Below, in pieces: positions 23,575 to 40,200 of a stretch of 64,000 bases of DNA. The translations under genes were made by a program, and so were the position numbers. Numbering within the stretch: position 1 is the stretch's first letter; each line of letters begins with the position of its first letter. The stretch is from Eledone cirrhosa (lineage: Eukaryota), in contig OZ024761.1 in NCBI GenBank assembly GCA_964016885.1, positions 620,001 through 684,000 of the forward strand, given 5' to 3'. Below the pieces are notes generated by a model. The model had not been told where the DNA came from and ran no database searches. It worked only from the letters and a program-made list of their open reading frames with translations.

Positions 23575-26500
23575 CTTTCGTTTTATTTGCCACCAGGGCA
23601 TCAAAAAGTGGGACAAGTACAATGAGAGGGAGTTTACATAAAAAGGCGTCCTCAATAAGGAGGAGGCAATAACAATGTATAAAAATAAAATAAAATATAA
23701 CAAAATAGATTTTATAACATCTTCCTCACCTATAGTCTGATGTAGAGTGAAGGCCCATTCACACTGGCCATTCTCGCCACTTTCACCCATCTTTCCCCCA
23801 AACGGCTGGGGTGCAGCACCTCTCTCTCCATTCTGATCCTTCTTCCGAAATCATATCGGAAGAAACGGACCAGTTGTTGGCCAGAGAGAAAGGTGTCTGA
23901 CCTCAGTCCTTTCAGACGCGTCCACCATACAACCTCTTTCGCCATGGCTATTACGCACAGAAACACCGCCTCCCCTTCGTTTTTGAAGAGGGGAATCGGC
24001 TTGATCGTTACAATAGACTTGGTGGTCAACCGGATCGGTCCCACCCTTGACAGCAGTTGTTCGACATCGCTCCACAGATCGGCAATGCCCGAGCAGTGTA
24101 ACAATGCGTGTGCAACGGTTTCCTCATCGCACACGCATCTGGAACAGATCTTTTTCGAGGGGTCCCTACCCGGGCGCCCTTGTCTGTAGAGCCTTTCTCG
24201 AACGGGAAGGGCCCCTCGGTAGCACTGCCAGGCCAGGGACCTCTGGAAGTTATCCATGGGTCGCGGGCTGAATGTCCTACCGAACAGGTTGGCCAGTTCG
24301 TCTTCATCCATGCCTAGGGCTTCTCCGAGGGCGTCGTCGCACCTGCTAACCACCAGCCCTCTATAGAATGACGAGGTGGATTCTCCACTGACAGCCGGGT
24401 CCGCCTGCTAGAGAGCCGTAAGCGCCTGGGAACACTCGGTGTGCCAGGCGCCCAGTTTTCTCGGTCTTTGCTTGACCCAGGATTGCAGCTCGGGAAAGGC
24501 TCGCCTCACAAACGGGGCCCACACCGGTTGACCGGTAAGAAATACCTGGAGGTTCCGTAGCCTTAATGCCTGTTTACGTATCATTAGCCACGGCATCCCC
24601 AGCCCTCCTTTCGAACGGTGTTGACAGCAGATGGATCTCCTCAACATAGGAGCCCGCTTCTTCCAAAGGAATTGGAAGAGTGCGCGCTCCATTTTGGCGA
24701 GCATTTCCCTTGGGCAAGGCACAACGGTCATGCGGTAGTAGATGACGGACGCTATATAAGTGTTCGCCACCTCCGCCCGACCTTTCAGGGACAGTTTGCA
24801 CTCGGCCCACTTCTGGGTCAGTGCAAATACCCTGTTCGTTACCTCACCCCAGTTCTTCTCCACCTGGAGGTCTGGTCCGAACCAGACCCCGAGCAACTTC
24901 ACCGGGCCCTCCGTCCAGCGCCCGACGACGCCGTCGGAGGGCGTCGATCTGCCCCTCCACGTGCCGAGTTGCAGACCGATCGACTTGTCCAGGTTCAGCT
25001 TAGCCCCTGTAAACCTTTCGTACTCCTCCAGTAAGGTGCCGATCGCCCCGATTTCCGAGGCCGTCGACACCATTACTGTTACGTCATCGGCGTAGGCCGA
25101 CACCGCTTTCCGCAATCCCGGTTGCAACGGGATGCCCTCCAACAACTCCAACTTCCGCAGCAGTGGCTTTAGAATCACTACATACAGAAGGGAGGAGAGA
25201 GGGCACCCTTGTCGGATGGACCGCGCGATTTCGAACGGCTCCGAGAGGTAGCCATTCACCTTGACCCTAGAGCAGATGCGGCTGCTGTGCATGGCATTGA
25301 TCCAGCCCCTGAAAACGGGTCCGAAGCCTGCCGCCGCTAGCACCGCATCCAGGTAACGATGGATGACCCTATCGAACACCTTAGATTGATCCAAGTTGAT
25401 CAGGGCCCCACCAAAGCCGGGTTCGTTCCCAACCCTCTCTATGATGTATCGCATGAAGTGGAGGTTGTCGTGGATGGACCTAGGCGGGATAGCACATGTC
25501 TGCGCATCTCCCACCAGGTTGCCCACGACAAGCGCCAACCTCTTTGCTAGCACCTTGGCCAAAATCTGTAACTCTGTATTTAGCAGAGTTATGGGCCTGA
25601 AATTATTTATATCGTCCCCCTTGTTTTCGTCCCTCCTCACTAGCGTGACTACGCCCTTGGTCACAGCACAGGGAATTCTCCCGTTCTGTTGCCAGTTGCA
25701 GTAGACCGCCTCGAGGAGATCGGGGAACAAGTCCGGCATAACTAGATATAGTTCGTATGGAAGACCATCGAGACCCGGAGATTTACGTTTGCTGCATTGG
25801 CTCAGCACGTCCTCTATCTCAGCGGCTGAAATCGGCTCCTCGCAGGACTTCGCCTCCCTGTCCGAGAGACGCGTCAGGCCGTCGAGGTATGGACCGAAGT
25901 CCACTTCCCCAACCGGCTCCCCGCCCCTTCCGAACAATCTGGCAAAGTGCTTTTGAAAAGCCTCGCACATCTGCTTAGGTTCAAGGATCACCCGTCCATC
26001 CTGGTCTCGCAAAGACCGGATAGTGGATCTACTCCCTCTTTTGGCTTCTGTCACGCGGGCCCAGCTAACAGCTTTGGTCTCCTCGTTTCCCAGAGCACGT
26101 ATTTTGCTTCGGACGATGCAGCCTTCGTGTTTCGCGTCGAAGAACTGGTCCAGGGCCGTTCTCGACGCTAGCACGTCACCGCTTCTAATTGCCTCTTCTA
26201 CACTATCTACCAACTCCCCTTCCTTCCTATTTCTATTTGAGGCTAACTCCTTACTAAATTCTATAGAGACTACTCTAATCTCTCTTTTGAGAGATCGCCA
26301 CCACCTGCTGTTGACGATGGCGCCCGTCAACCGCTCCTTAACTAAAGTGCTAATCCGGTCCCTGTAAGCCTTACTTGCCGGTAAGGACAAGTTGAGCTTC
26401 CAGTAACCGGGTCCCTGTCTATGCGTTCTGTCAAGGTTGACCATGCAGGTCCGGCCGCATTGACCCGAAAGGGCCGTAGGCGGCTACCAACCTAAACGCT

Positions 26501-26740
26501 CCGCCTTCCCCACTGCCAATGTCCAGAACCACTAGTTGACTCTCCGGGTCTAAATGTACCGTCTGTGTTGCGAGACCCAGATGGTTTTGCAGCAGAACGA
26601 CAACCCCAACCCCACCCCCGGGCTGACAGAGAGTTGCGTGCATCTCAAAGTCATCAAAGGTGGGGGCCAGCTGTCGCACGTTGCTGATCCGGGCCTCGCA
26701 AATAACCATCACATCTATACGTTGTGACCTGAGGTCATTA
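23574..26740 (-). mobile_element. Tx1/L1-type LINE, 5'-truncated with internal deletion
   Basis: ORFs 26431..26712 (APE start), 24408..26444 (RT: KSPGLDGLP, RPITLLN, IRQGCPLS, YADD) and 23730..24353 (Cys-rich C-terminus). (GATA)n at the 3' end, (TGGA)n at the 5' end. Confidence 0.95.
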
Positions 26741-27587
26741 TGGATGGATGGATGGATGGATGGATGGATGGATACCTAACATATGTTGGAATCCCTTTGT
26801 TTACGAGACAAGTTTTCCAGTTGTTTGATCAACAGAACTCTCTCTTCGTGAAATCTACAGGAATGACATAACACCCTGCCTGGAATGAAACTCACAAACT
26901 TATGGTCGTGATTCGGACATTCTAATCACTAAGTCATCTGCTTTCACCTATAAATAAGGGCTAACCAGGAAGCTATTGGCAGTAGCCAGTTCTACAAACA
27001 ACTAGTACATAAAGGTGTCAATTACATAGCAGGTTGCAACAGGTTTCAGCCAATACCTGCAATAACGACGCCATATTTTCTTTTGTATTCACTTCCTTTC
27101 ATTGTAAAGGCACTGTGGCTTAATGGTTAAGGCGTTGGATTCATAATCATAAGATCATGGGTTCGATTTCTGGACCAAGTGGTGCATTACATTCTTGAGC
27201 AAGAGGATTCATTTCATGTTGCTCTTCATGATAGGAATAAGACATTAACCTTCTGGAGGCTACATTTGTTTATGAACTGCTTCCCTTGATAGTGTACTAT
27301 GTATTAAAGGGACATGACTCTATTGGCACATTCAGTCACCTGCAGTACCAAGAGGGTTAAAGCACACCAGAAACATCTTATGTGTCACAACCTAAATCTG
27401 CATGGATGTGAGTTGTAACAACAACATGAATGGGCTGAGGACCCGTTGCCTTAAAACACCCAAGAAACCTCCTATGAGATATACCCTTGTAGGAGGCCAG
27501 CTAAACTTGTAAAACATAAAGACATATTTTAGAAACATGCAGACGCACACACATACACACACACACATGAGAAACAATAATGCTTAC

Positions 27588-27673
27588 CTGTTTATCACTT
27601 TGCCACTTCCACTTAAAACCGCAGTACTCCTGGTGCCTTGGAGAACATCCAGGAAAACCTCTGGAGTTACAAG
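27588..27673 (-). CDS. LGMN: Legumain exon 4 (LVTPEVFLDVLQGTRSTAVLSGSGKVINS)
   Basis: ttattcAG acceptor, GTAAGC donor, 86 nt. Carries the VTPxxFLxVLxG...GSGKV motif. Confidence 0.95.
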
Positions 27674-27688
27674 CTGAATAAATAACAA

Positions 27689-27733
<45 letters not shown>

Positions 27734-27979
27734 GAAACACACAGATACATGCGGACGCACACATATATACATGAACGCATCCGCACCCAACTTCTTCACT
27801 ACCTCTTCTACGGCCTCGATATGAATACCCCCTCCGCCTCCGTGGTATTTTCTTCGTGGTTATAAGAGGCTTTGCTCTGTTTCTCGACCGTTATATCGCG
27901 TGACTATCTCCCCCTCCGCCTTTTGGGATTCTTTCTCACGTCGTGTAGACGCGTTCTTGAGACTAGTAAAATGAGGTAT

Positions 27980-28065
27980 CCTCTTGATAAGTCGGCAGAC
28001 CTCGCAAGGACTCTATATCTTTGATATATTGTTTTTGTTTATGCCACGAAACTACGTAGTCGAGG
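27980..28065 (+). ncRNA. Hammerhead ribozyme, U3-A8 core variant with long stem II
   Basis: cctc-TTGATAA-gtcggca...tgccac-GAA-ACTACGTAGT-C-gagg. Confidence 0.72.
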
Positions 28066-28138
28066 AATTTAGGAACAGTTTAGGTATGATACATTTTATT
28101 ACTAATTATATCTAAATGTTTCTTCTCTCTTCATAATG

Positions 28139-28176
<38 letters not shown>

Positions 28177-28685
28177 AATGGTAAGAATCGATCTTATAAT
28201 ATCTTTTCTCTCATAATTTGTACTATATGTATATATATAAACATATATATAATTACTAAACTATAGCTATTTTCATATATGCATTAATTTGCATTAATTT
28301 TGGCACACAACCCGAGAAATTTACCAAACAGCATTTGATATCACCTTTCAGGTATAAAGGTCAGGGACACAAGCTTGTGCTGTCCCACTCGGTCACAGAC
28401 TTTGATAGCAGTAGGGTTTGTCTATGGCCAACGCAGCCATTGCCAGCTAAGTCAGTTGACTGAAAAACTGTTGTAGCTACCATCTTATACTCTCCTGAAA
28501 TACTTCACTCCTATCATTAGCTTGTCTATCTCTCTTTCATTCAAAATCATCAACATCTACACTCACACATTCTGTAGTTTACAATTTTGATAAATTATTC
28601 ATGATCCTTTTATTGATTTTCTGGAATTAACCAAATATCTTAACATAGTCTCAAATCGAATATTTGACAAAATGAATAACATGTC

Positions 28686-28748
<63 letters not shown>

Positions 28749-28937
28749 TACATAATGGATTGGCAGTATTGGTAGAACATCAGACACAATGCTTTGCAGC
28801 ACCGAGTTATGGCCCTTTACACTCTGAATTCAAATGCCACCGAGGTTAACTTTGCCTTTCCTCCTTATGGGGGTCCATAAAATAAAGTACTAGTAATGCA
28901 CTGAGGTAATTGCTGGCCTTGTGCCTAAAGTAGAAAC

Positions 28938-29059
<122 letters not shown>

Positions 29060-29062
29060 GTA

Positions 29063-29121
<59 letters not shown>

Positions 29122-29122
29122 G

Positions 29123-30278
<1,156 letters not shown>

Positions 30279-30444
30279 AAACAAGGCCAGCAATTACCCA
30301 GTTCATTACTGGTACTTTATTTTACTCCGTAAGGATGAAAGGCAAAGTTAACCTCGACGGGATTTGAACTCAGACCGTAAAGGGACGTAACTATGCTGGA
30401 AAGCATGGTGTCCCACCTTCTCCGATACTGCCAATTCACCGCCC

Positions 30445-30524
<80 letters not shown>

Positions 30525-30553
30525 CATACATATATATATATATATACATACAT

Positions 30554-30625
<72 letters not shown>

Positions 30626-30682
30626 ATATATATATATATATATATATATATAAACATATATATATATATATATATATATATA

Positions 30683-32217
<1,535 letters not shown>

Positions 32218-32238
32218 TATATATATATATATACATAT

Positions 32239-32314
<76 letters not shown>

Positions 32315-32412
32315 ATATATACATATATATATACATATATATATATACATATATATATATACATATATATATATACATATATATATATACATATATATAT
32401 ATACATATATAT

Positions 32413-32575
32413 ATATTTATTAAAATAACAGATTAAAGTTTAAGCAAAGAATCTTTGGATTCTTTGCTTAAACTTTAATCTGTTATTTTAATAAATATTT
32501 GCTCTACGGTTCTTATATATTTGATATATATCTATCCTTATCGAGCCCTCTTTGGATTTTAGTCTTCGTATTTAT
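32413..32575. repeat. Perfect ~41-bp hairpin plus tail in (TA)n
   Basis: atatttattaaaataacagattaaagtttaagcaaagaatc-tttg-exact reverse complement, followed by about 80 nt of unique sequence. Confidence 0.75.
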
Positions 32576-32581
32576 TATTAT

Positions 32582-32662
<81 letters not shown>

Positions 32663-32923
32663 TTCACGTCCGATTTTCCCTGCTTGCAAGGGTGGGATGG
32701 GAACTGATTATGGCTTGATTTCTACAGCTGGATGCCCTTCCTAACACCAACCTTATTTACAGTGAGTGCTTGGTGCTTTTTTTCCGTGGCGCCTACACGT
32801 CCACTTTACAGTGGAATGATAGGGACCCCAGTCTCTATCATCTTATTTCTACAGCTGAGTAAACTGGAGCAATGTGAAATAAAGTGTCTTGCTCAGGGAA
32901 ACAACACATCACGCGGTCTGAGA

Positions 32924-32955
<32 letters not shown>

Positions 32956-32956
32956 A

Positions 32957-33478
32957 TTAGTTAAGCAAAACAAGACCACAAATTTCACAAGGAAGACATT
33001 ATTAAAAAATTGTCAACATATTTTAGTTTGATGTAAGGAATAATAATAATAATAATATTAATAATAATAATGTCCGTTTACAATTGTTTCGCTACTCCAT
33101 ATAATATTTCTGGATCAGATGACTATATATCATAATTGATCTGGTTCAGTTGAAAATAATTAACATATTTAACCCCCCATTCTCATCTAATCTAGCCACT
33201 AATATCCCCAAACGCTTCTTCTCTATCCTATTTAAACATTCCCCGCCCCCCAACCATAGATATTACAAACTCTTTAATAAAAATAACATTAAAATCTCAT
33301 TCTCCACAACACCTAACCTAGCTAGCCACATCGCATTCAGTAACCATCATAAACTAAGACAGTATAACTCCCACACCGCGCTACCACGACCCCTATCAAA
33401 TACACCACGCCACTACACCAATAATTACTCTAGTAGCACACCTCCCCCATCTAATCCTTCTAGCACTGACGTACGTAA
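32957..33478. mobile_element. Penelope-like fragment: terminal-repeat piece plus RT-thumb/linker ORF
   Basis: 32957-33172 duplicates about 29418-29756. ORF 33150..33608 has FNPPFSSNLATNIPKRFFSIL.KH..PNHRYYKLFNKNNIKISFS, a typical PLE linker. Confidence 0.75.
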
Positions 33479-33562
33479 CCGACCTGTGGAACTACGCCGA
33501 ACAACTGCTGTCGCGTATGGGACAAATTCAGTTTACTGCCGAGTCCATAGTAAGGTTCAAAC

Positions 33563-36500
33563 CGACAAGTGCCAACCTCGTTGCCAACACCTTGGCCAAA
33601 ATCTTTAACTCTGTGTTGAGCAGAGTTATGGGCCTAAAGTTGCTTAGTTCGTCCCCCTTGTTCTCGTCTTTCCTCATCAGCGTTACTATGCCCCTGCCTG
33701 CAGAACTGGGAATTCTCCCGTTCTGCTGCCAGCTGCAGTAGACGGCCTCGAGGACGCCAGAGAAAAGTCCGGCATGCCTATGTAAAACACATAGGGTAGA
33801 CCATCTAGACTGGGTGATTTGTGTTTCCCGCAGCGGCCTAGAGCGTCCCATATCTCAGTGGCTGTGATCGGTCTTTCGGAGAACTCGGCGTCCATGCTCG
33901 AGAGACGCGGCAGGCCGTCGAGGTATGAACCGAAGTCCATTGCCCCGTTCGACGCACCACCACTCTGCCCAAACAGTTGCACAAAGTGTCGCTGAAAGGC
34001 CGCGCACATCTGCTTGGGGTCAAGTAGCACTTGTCCGTTTTGGTCTTTCAAATACCGAATGGTGGACTAAGCGCCTCCTCTACCTTGGCTACCTTCCGTT
34101 TCTGTTTTGTTTCTCTCTAAGACTAACTCTCTGCTAAAGTCTATCGACTCTACTCTAATTGCTTTCTTGAGGGTGTACCACCATCTGTTGTTGACGATGG
34201 CTCCCGTCAATTGTTGCTTAACTAATCTACTTTTCCGTTCACTGTAGGCTTTACTTGTCGGTAGCGACACGTTCAGCTTCCAGTATCCGGATCCTTGTCT
34301 ATGTATTCTATCACGGTTGACTATGCAGATGACTAGTTTGTGGTCTGAATAGGCAACAATGTGCATTTGTGGACAGCTTGTCTCTCCCTCTAATAAAGAA
34401 CCTGTCTAAATACGATCTAGATGTCCCGCTGAGGTTTGTCCACGTCCACTGTGGTGCAGTCGGGAAATCTAGTCGATACCTATCGGCCAGTTGGAATTGG
34501 CCAATTAAATTTTTGAGGCTGTTGCACCCCCCTCTACTGGGACATGATCCTTCATAGTCCCATCGTGCGTCTAGGATGCCATTCCAGTCCCCCACTAAAA
34601 GCAAGGAGCGAGATGTTCCCAGAAAAGACTCTAGACGCTTAAAGAAGACTGGCCGCGATTGCTCAGTTGGGGTATAAACGGCCACCAGTCTGAAGGCTCC
34701 ACCTCCAACACTGTTGACGTCTAGGACTACCAGTCTACCCTCCGGGACGAAGTGTACTTGCTGTACTTTGACGTCCAGGTTTTTCTGAAACATGACAGCC
34801 ACTCCCCCTCCACCTCATGGCTGACAGAGATGCGTAGATCTCAAAGTAATTGAAGATGGAGGTTAGTTGCTGCCTGTTGTGGATCCTGGACACGGTGATG
34901 GCTATCACATCCATACCATGTGACCTAAGGTCGTTTAAAAGTTGGCCCTGTTTCCAGGGCATCCCTAGACCACGCACATCCATGCTTGCAACTCGTAAAT
35001 TAGCCATGTTGGTGGAGAAGAGTTGGCGAAAAAGGACGAAAAGGTGCACTTACCTTTCGGGGTGTTGGGTGATGTGGGGAAACATTTTAACAGAACGCGG
35101 TTTATGGGTTTTTGACAGGGGTTGCCCACATGCTGCCAACATTTTGTTTTTAGTTCGCTATATGTTTCTATAGAAACCCTTATCAGTTTGAGGTGTGGAG
35201 ACGATTCTGCTTTAACGAAAGTTTTGCCCTCCGTCTCCACCTTGGGGTTTTTGGAGATGACCTCCATCAAACTCTTGTTCTTTGTGTTGATGTATGCGTA
35301 TTGTTGTTTGTGTTTTTGTTGTGTTGTTTTAGTTTGTTGTTCGTCCGGGAGTTTTCTTTTTATGGTGGGTGCTTGTGTTTGGGTGGTGTTGGTGTTTGTT
35401 TTGCTGGTAGGGTGAGGGGGGTTGATTGTGGTGTTGTTTGTGTTGTTGTTTGTGTCTGTAGTTGTGTGTTGGTGTTGGTGATTGTTGTTTTTGTGGCTTT
35501 GTGGTGCCTTTTTTTTTTTTTTATTTTCGAGGCTGTCCTTCATCTTCACTTGGGGATGGAGAAGTAGCCTCGTCTGACGATGATTCGTCTTCAGGAGCTT
35601 GCGGTAGGGGTATGTTGTGTGGTGATGGTGTGTTTGTGTGTGTGCTTGTGGCAGTGTTGGATGGAGTGAGATGGGGTGGGACTGTGTTCTTCGGGGGAGT
35701 TGTTTGTGTTTTTCCTGCTGTTGTTGGTTGTGTGGCTGTTTGTTTTGGTGCGTTTGCTTGTTTTGTGTGTTGTTGTTGTTATAAAATTTGTCTGTAAAGG
35801 GCAGGAGGCCTTTAGATGTGCTGTTACATCGAAAGCAGTGTGGTCTTCTGCCTTCAACCGAAATGTTTATGTGGCTGTTGTTGTCCACCAGCACTTTTTC
35901 GGGTATTTTGGAGATTCTCTCCAGCCTCATTTGCACCAGAATTTCCAAATTTGTACCAGACCACGTGTGTCTGGTTGACTTCTTGATGGTGTCTTGTCTC
36001 TCCTCTAAAAATCCTGCCAATATCCACCAAATATTAATATTTGGTGGTATGTTTGCAATTCTGATTTTCTGAGTCCTTTTTCCTAGGTAACTAGGGAAAA
36101 AGGTGTATTTTTTTTTACAGTATTGGTGTCACTGAATATTTTTGTGCGAGGGCCTCGCTTTTGAGGAGCACCGAAATACTCCCATACTGTTTGGCCCTCT
36201 GCATAAAGTCAATGTTTGGCAATATCTCCTTCAAGGTTGCCTCAATTTCCCCTTGACTGAGGAATGCTGGTCTTTTTGTTTCATTTGAAACAGTTCTGAA
36301 GGTAACTGTCCTTCAAAGTGTTTCAAGACGATTTTTGGGGGTGAGTTTATTTTAAACCCACCATTTTCACCAAAATAGATAAACTCCTTTGCTTCAGAGA
36401 GCATCTGTCTTGCATTGGAGATATCGAGATCCTTGAAATCTTGTTTGTTCATGACTGTTTGCGCAAAAGTTATTTTTTTGGTGTTGTTGTTATTGTTGTT

Positions 36501-37244
36501 GTTGTGGTTGACAGTTTTTTCCGTTTGTAGTTGTGTCAATCGTTTTATTTTCTGTTGTTTTTTTCTGTTGTTTTTGGTGTAGTGTGTGGTTCAATCTTGT
36601 TTTTATTATATATTTCACTTTCGTGAAACAAAATTTTGTTGTCCATATTGGCTTCCATAGTGACGCCAATACATGCGGAGTTTGAGGTAACGTTGAAATT
36701 CATATTATTATTATTTGTGACAGTTTCTGTAAAAGTTATTTTTTGGGTGTTGTTGTTGTGGTTGTCGGTTTTTCCGTTTGTAGTTGTGTCAATTGTTTTT
36801 TTCTGTTGCTTTTGGTGTCTGATGTACACTGTGTTGTACACTGTGTTGTACACTGTGTTGTACACTGTGTGGTGCAATTTTGTTTGTGTTGTCTACTTCA
36901 CTTTCGTGAAACAAAACTTTGTTTTCAGCTACATTGATACAGGCAGAGCTCGTAGCAACGTTAAAGTCAATTTCTTCTTTTCTTTTTCCTTCCTCAACGT
37001 TCGCTAGCGTTCCTTGTACGCTAGCCATTGCTGATGGCAAAATATTAAAAATTTTCTTAACAGTTTTTCAAATTAATTTCAAATTAAATTTTTGCCCCTG
37101 TGGGGCCGAAAAATGAGATTGCCACCCAGCTGACAATTAAGTCTGTGGGTTAATCTACAAAACAATGTGTTTTTTTTACAAGAATTTCTGTTTTTTAATA
37201 AATAAATTGGCAGAAACTTACCAGCTAATTTGTGTACACCCTAC
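33563..37244 (-). mobile_element. Tx1/L1-type LINE, 5' portion (degenerate ORF1, APE, start of RT)
   Basis: ORF1 fragments with EGRRPHCFRC, APE (GDWNGILD, YLDR, SDH) and RT start (RPITLLNTELKILAKVLA). The element is broken at about 33563. Confidence 0.92.
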
Positions 37245-37254
37245 TATAGATATA

Positions 37255-40200
37255 TTTCTTTATTAGCCACAGGGGCACAAAAGAAGGGGACAAATACAAA
37301 GGGGGAAGTTTACATACAATAAAAACGTGTAAAATGTTATCACAGATGGAATTTAAAAGTTAGTCGATTTTCCCCAATAGAGGGAGACAGTTTATATGGG
37401 TAACACATACCCCCGAAAAAAAATGTGCAACCCTCATCTCCAGGAGTACGAAGAGTTTGTACTCCTTTCCTCTCCTCCTCCTTTTCCTCAACCTACAGGC
37501 TGATATAGAGAGAAGGCCCATTCACTCGGGCCATTCTCGCCACTTTCACCCACCTTTCATAAAACTTGCTGGGGTACAGCACCTCTCTCTCCATCCTGAT
37601 TCTTCTTCCAAAGTGGTATTTGAAAAAAAGAATCAGTTGTTGGCCGGAGAGAAAGGTGTCTGACCTCAGCCCTTTCAACCTTGTCCACCATACAACCTCT
37701 TTCGCCATAGCTATCACACAAAGGAAAACCGCCTATACTTCGTTTTTGAAGGAGGGTGGCGGTTTGATCATGACAATGGACTCGGTGGTCAACCGGATTG
37801 GTCCCACCCGCGACAATAGTCGTTCTACATAGCCCCACAGGTCAGTGACGCCCGGGCACTGTATGAATGCGTGCGCGACGGTTTCTTCGTCTCGCACGCA
37901 CCTCGGACAGATCTTTTTTGCAGGGTCCCTGCCCGGGCGCCCATGTCTGTAGAGCTTGTCTCGAACTGGTAGAGCTCCTCGGTAGCACTGCCAGGCCAAG
38001 GACTTTTGGAAGTTGTCCATCAGTCCCGGGCGGAAGGTCCTACCGAACAGACTGGCCAGTTCATCTTCCTCTACGCCTAGAGTTTCACCGAGCGCGTCGT
38101 CGCACTTACTGCGGATCAACCCTCTATAGAATGACGAAGTGGAGTCTCCACTGATCGCCGGGTCCGCCTGCCAGAGGGCTGTGAGCGCCTGAGCACATTC
38201 GATGTGCCAGTCGCCCATTTTCCTCGGTCTTTGCTTGACCCAGGACTGCAGCTCGGTCAGCGAGACGAGTCGTGTGAAGGCTCGCCTCACGAACGGGGCC
38301 CACACCGGTTGTCCGGTGAGGAATACGTAGAGATGCCGCAGCCTGAGCGCGTGTTTGCGCATCGTCAACCACGGCATCCCCAGCCCTCCGTTAGAAGGGT
38401 GTTGGCAGCAGATGGATCTTCTCACCAAAGGAGCCCGCCTCTTCCAAAGGAATCGGAAGAGCGCGCGCTCCATTTTGGCGAGCGTTTTGGCTGGACAAGG
38501 CACGACGGTCAAGCAGTAGTAGATGACGGACGCTCAACCTTTCAAGGATAGTTTGCACTCGGCCCACTTCTGGGTGAGTGCAAACACCTTGGCCGTCACT
38601 TCGTTCCAGTTCTTCTCCACCTGGAGGTCCGGACCAAACCAGACCCCGAGCAGCTTTACCGGTCCTTCCGTCCAGCGTCCGACGACGCCATCGGAAGGCA
38701 TCGGTTTGCCTCTCCACGATCCGAGTTGCAAACCGATGGACTTGTCCCGGTTCGACACCATTACTGTCACGTCGTCGGCGTAGGCCGACGTCGCTTTCCG
38801 CAGTCCCGGTTCCAGAGGGATGCCCTGCAATAGCTCCAGCTTCCGCAGTAGTGGCTCGAGAGTCAGTACGTACAGAAGGGAGGAGAGAGGGCATCCCTGT
38901 CGAATGGATCGTGTAATATGGAACGGCTCCGAGAGGTAGCCGTTCACCTTGACCCTTGAGCAGATCTTGCTGTTGTGCATTGCAGCAATCCAGCCACTGA
39001 ACACGGGTCCGAAGCCTGCCGCCTCGAGCACCGCATCCAGGTAACGATGGTCAACCCTATCGAAAGCCTTAGACTGATCCAAGTTGATCAGGGCCCCACC
39101 GAAGCCGGGTTTATACCCTACCCTCTCTATGATATATCGCATGAGGTGGAGGTTGTCGTGTATGGACCTGGCCGGGATTGCGCATATCTGCGCTTCTCCC
39201 ACCAGGTTCTCGACGACAAGCGCCAGCCTCTTTGCCAACACCTTGGCCAAAATCTGTAACTCTGTGTTTAGCAGAGTTATGGGCCGGAAGCTGCCTATGT
39301 CATCCCCCTTATTCTCGTCCTTCCTGATTAGTGTGACCACGCCCCCGGTTACAGAACTGGGAATTCTCCCATTCTGTTGCCAGTTGCAGTAGACCGCTTC
39401 CAGGAGACCGGAAAATAAGTCCGGCATTGCTACGTAAAATTCGTAGGGTAGACCGTCGAGACCTGGAGATTTGCGTTTGCCGCATTGGCTCAGCGCGTCC
39501 CCTATCTCAGTGGCTGAAATCGGCTTTTCGCAGAACTTTGCCTCGCTGTCCGAGAGTCGCGGTAGGCCGTCGAGGTATGGACCGAAATCCATAGCCTCTC
39601 CCAGCGCGCCGCCCCTCCCGAACAGTTGAGCAAAGTGCCGCTGAAAAGCCGTACACATCTGCTTCGGCTCACGTATCACGCGTCCGTTTTGGTCCTTCAA
39701 AGACCGAATCGTGGACTTGTTGCCACTTTTTGCCTCCGTCACTCGGGCCCAGCTAACAGCTTTGGCTCCCTCGTTTCCCAGAGCACGTATTTTGCTTCTG
39801 ACAACGCAGCCCTCGTGCTTTGCGTCGAAGATCTTGTCCAAGGCCGTTCTCGTTGCTAGCACGCTGACTACGTTGCCACTTCTAATTGCCTCTTCTACTT
39901 TATCTACCAGTTCCTTCTCGGTTCTATTTCTATCTAACGCTAATTCTTTACTAAAGACTATCGAGTCTAATCTAACTGCCCTCTTGAGAGAGTACCACCA
40001 TCTGTTGTTGACAATGGCCCCTGTCAAGTGCTGTTTAACTAAAGTGCTAATCCGTCTACTGTAGGCTTTGCTTGTCGGTAACAAGTTCAGCTTCCAGTAG
40101 CCGGGTCCTTGTCTATGGGTTCTATCAAGGTTGGCCATGCAGGTCACTAGTTTGTGATCTGAATAGGCAACCATGAACATTTGTGGACAGCTTAACATAT

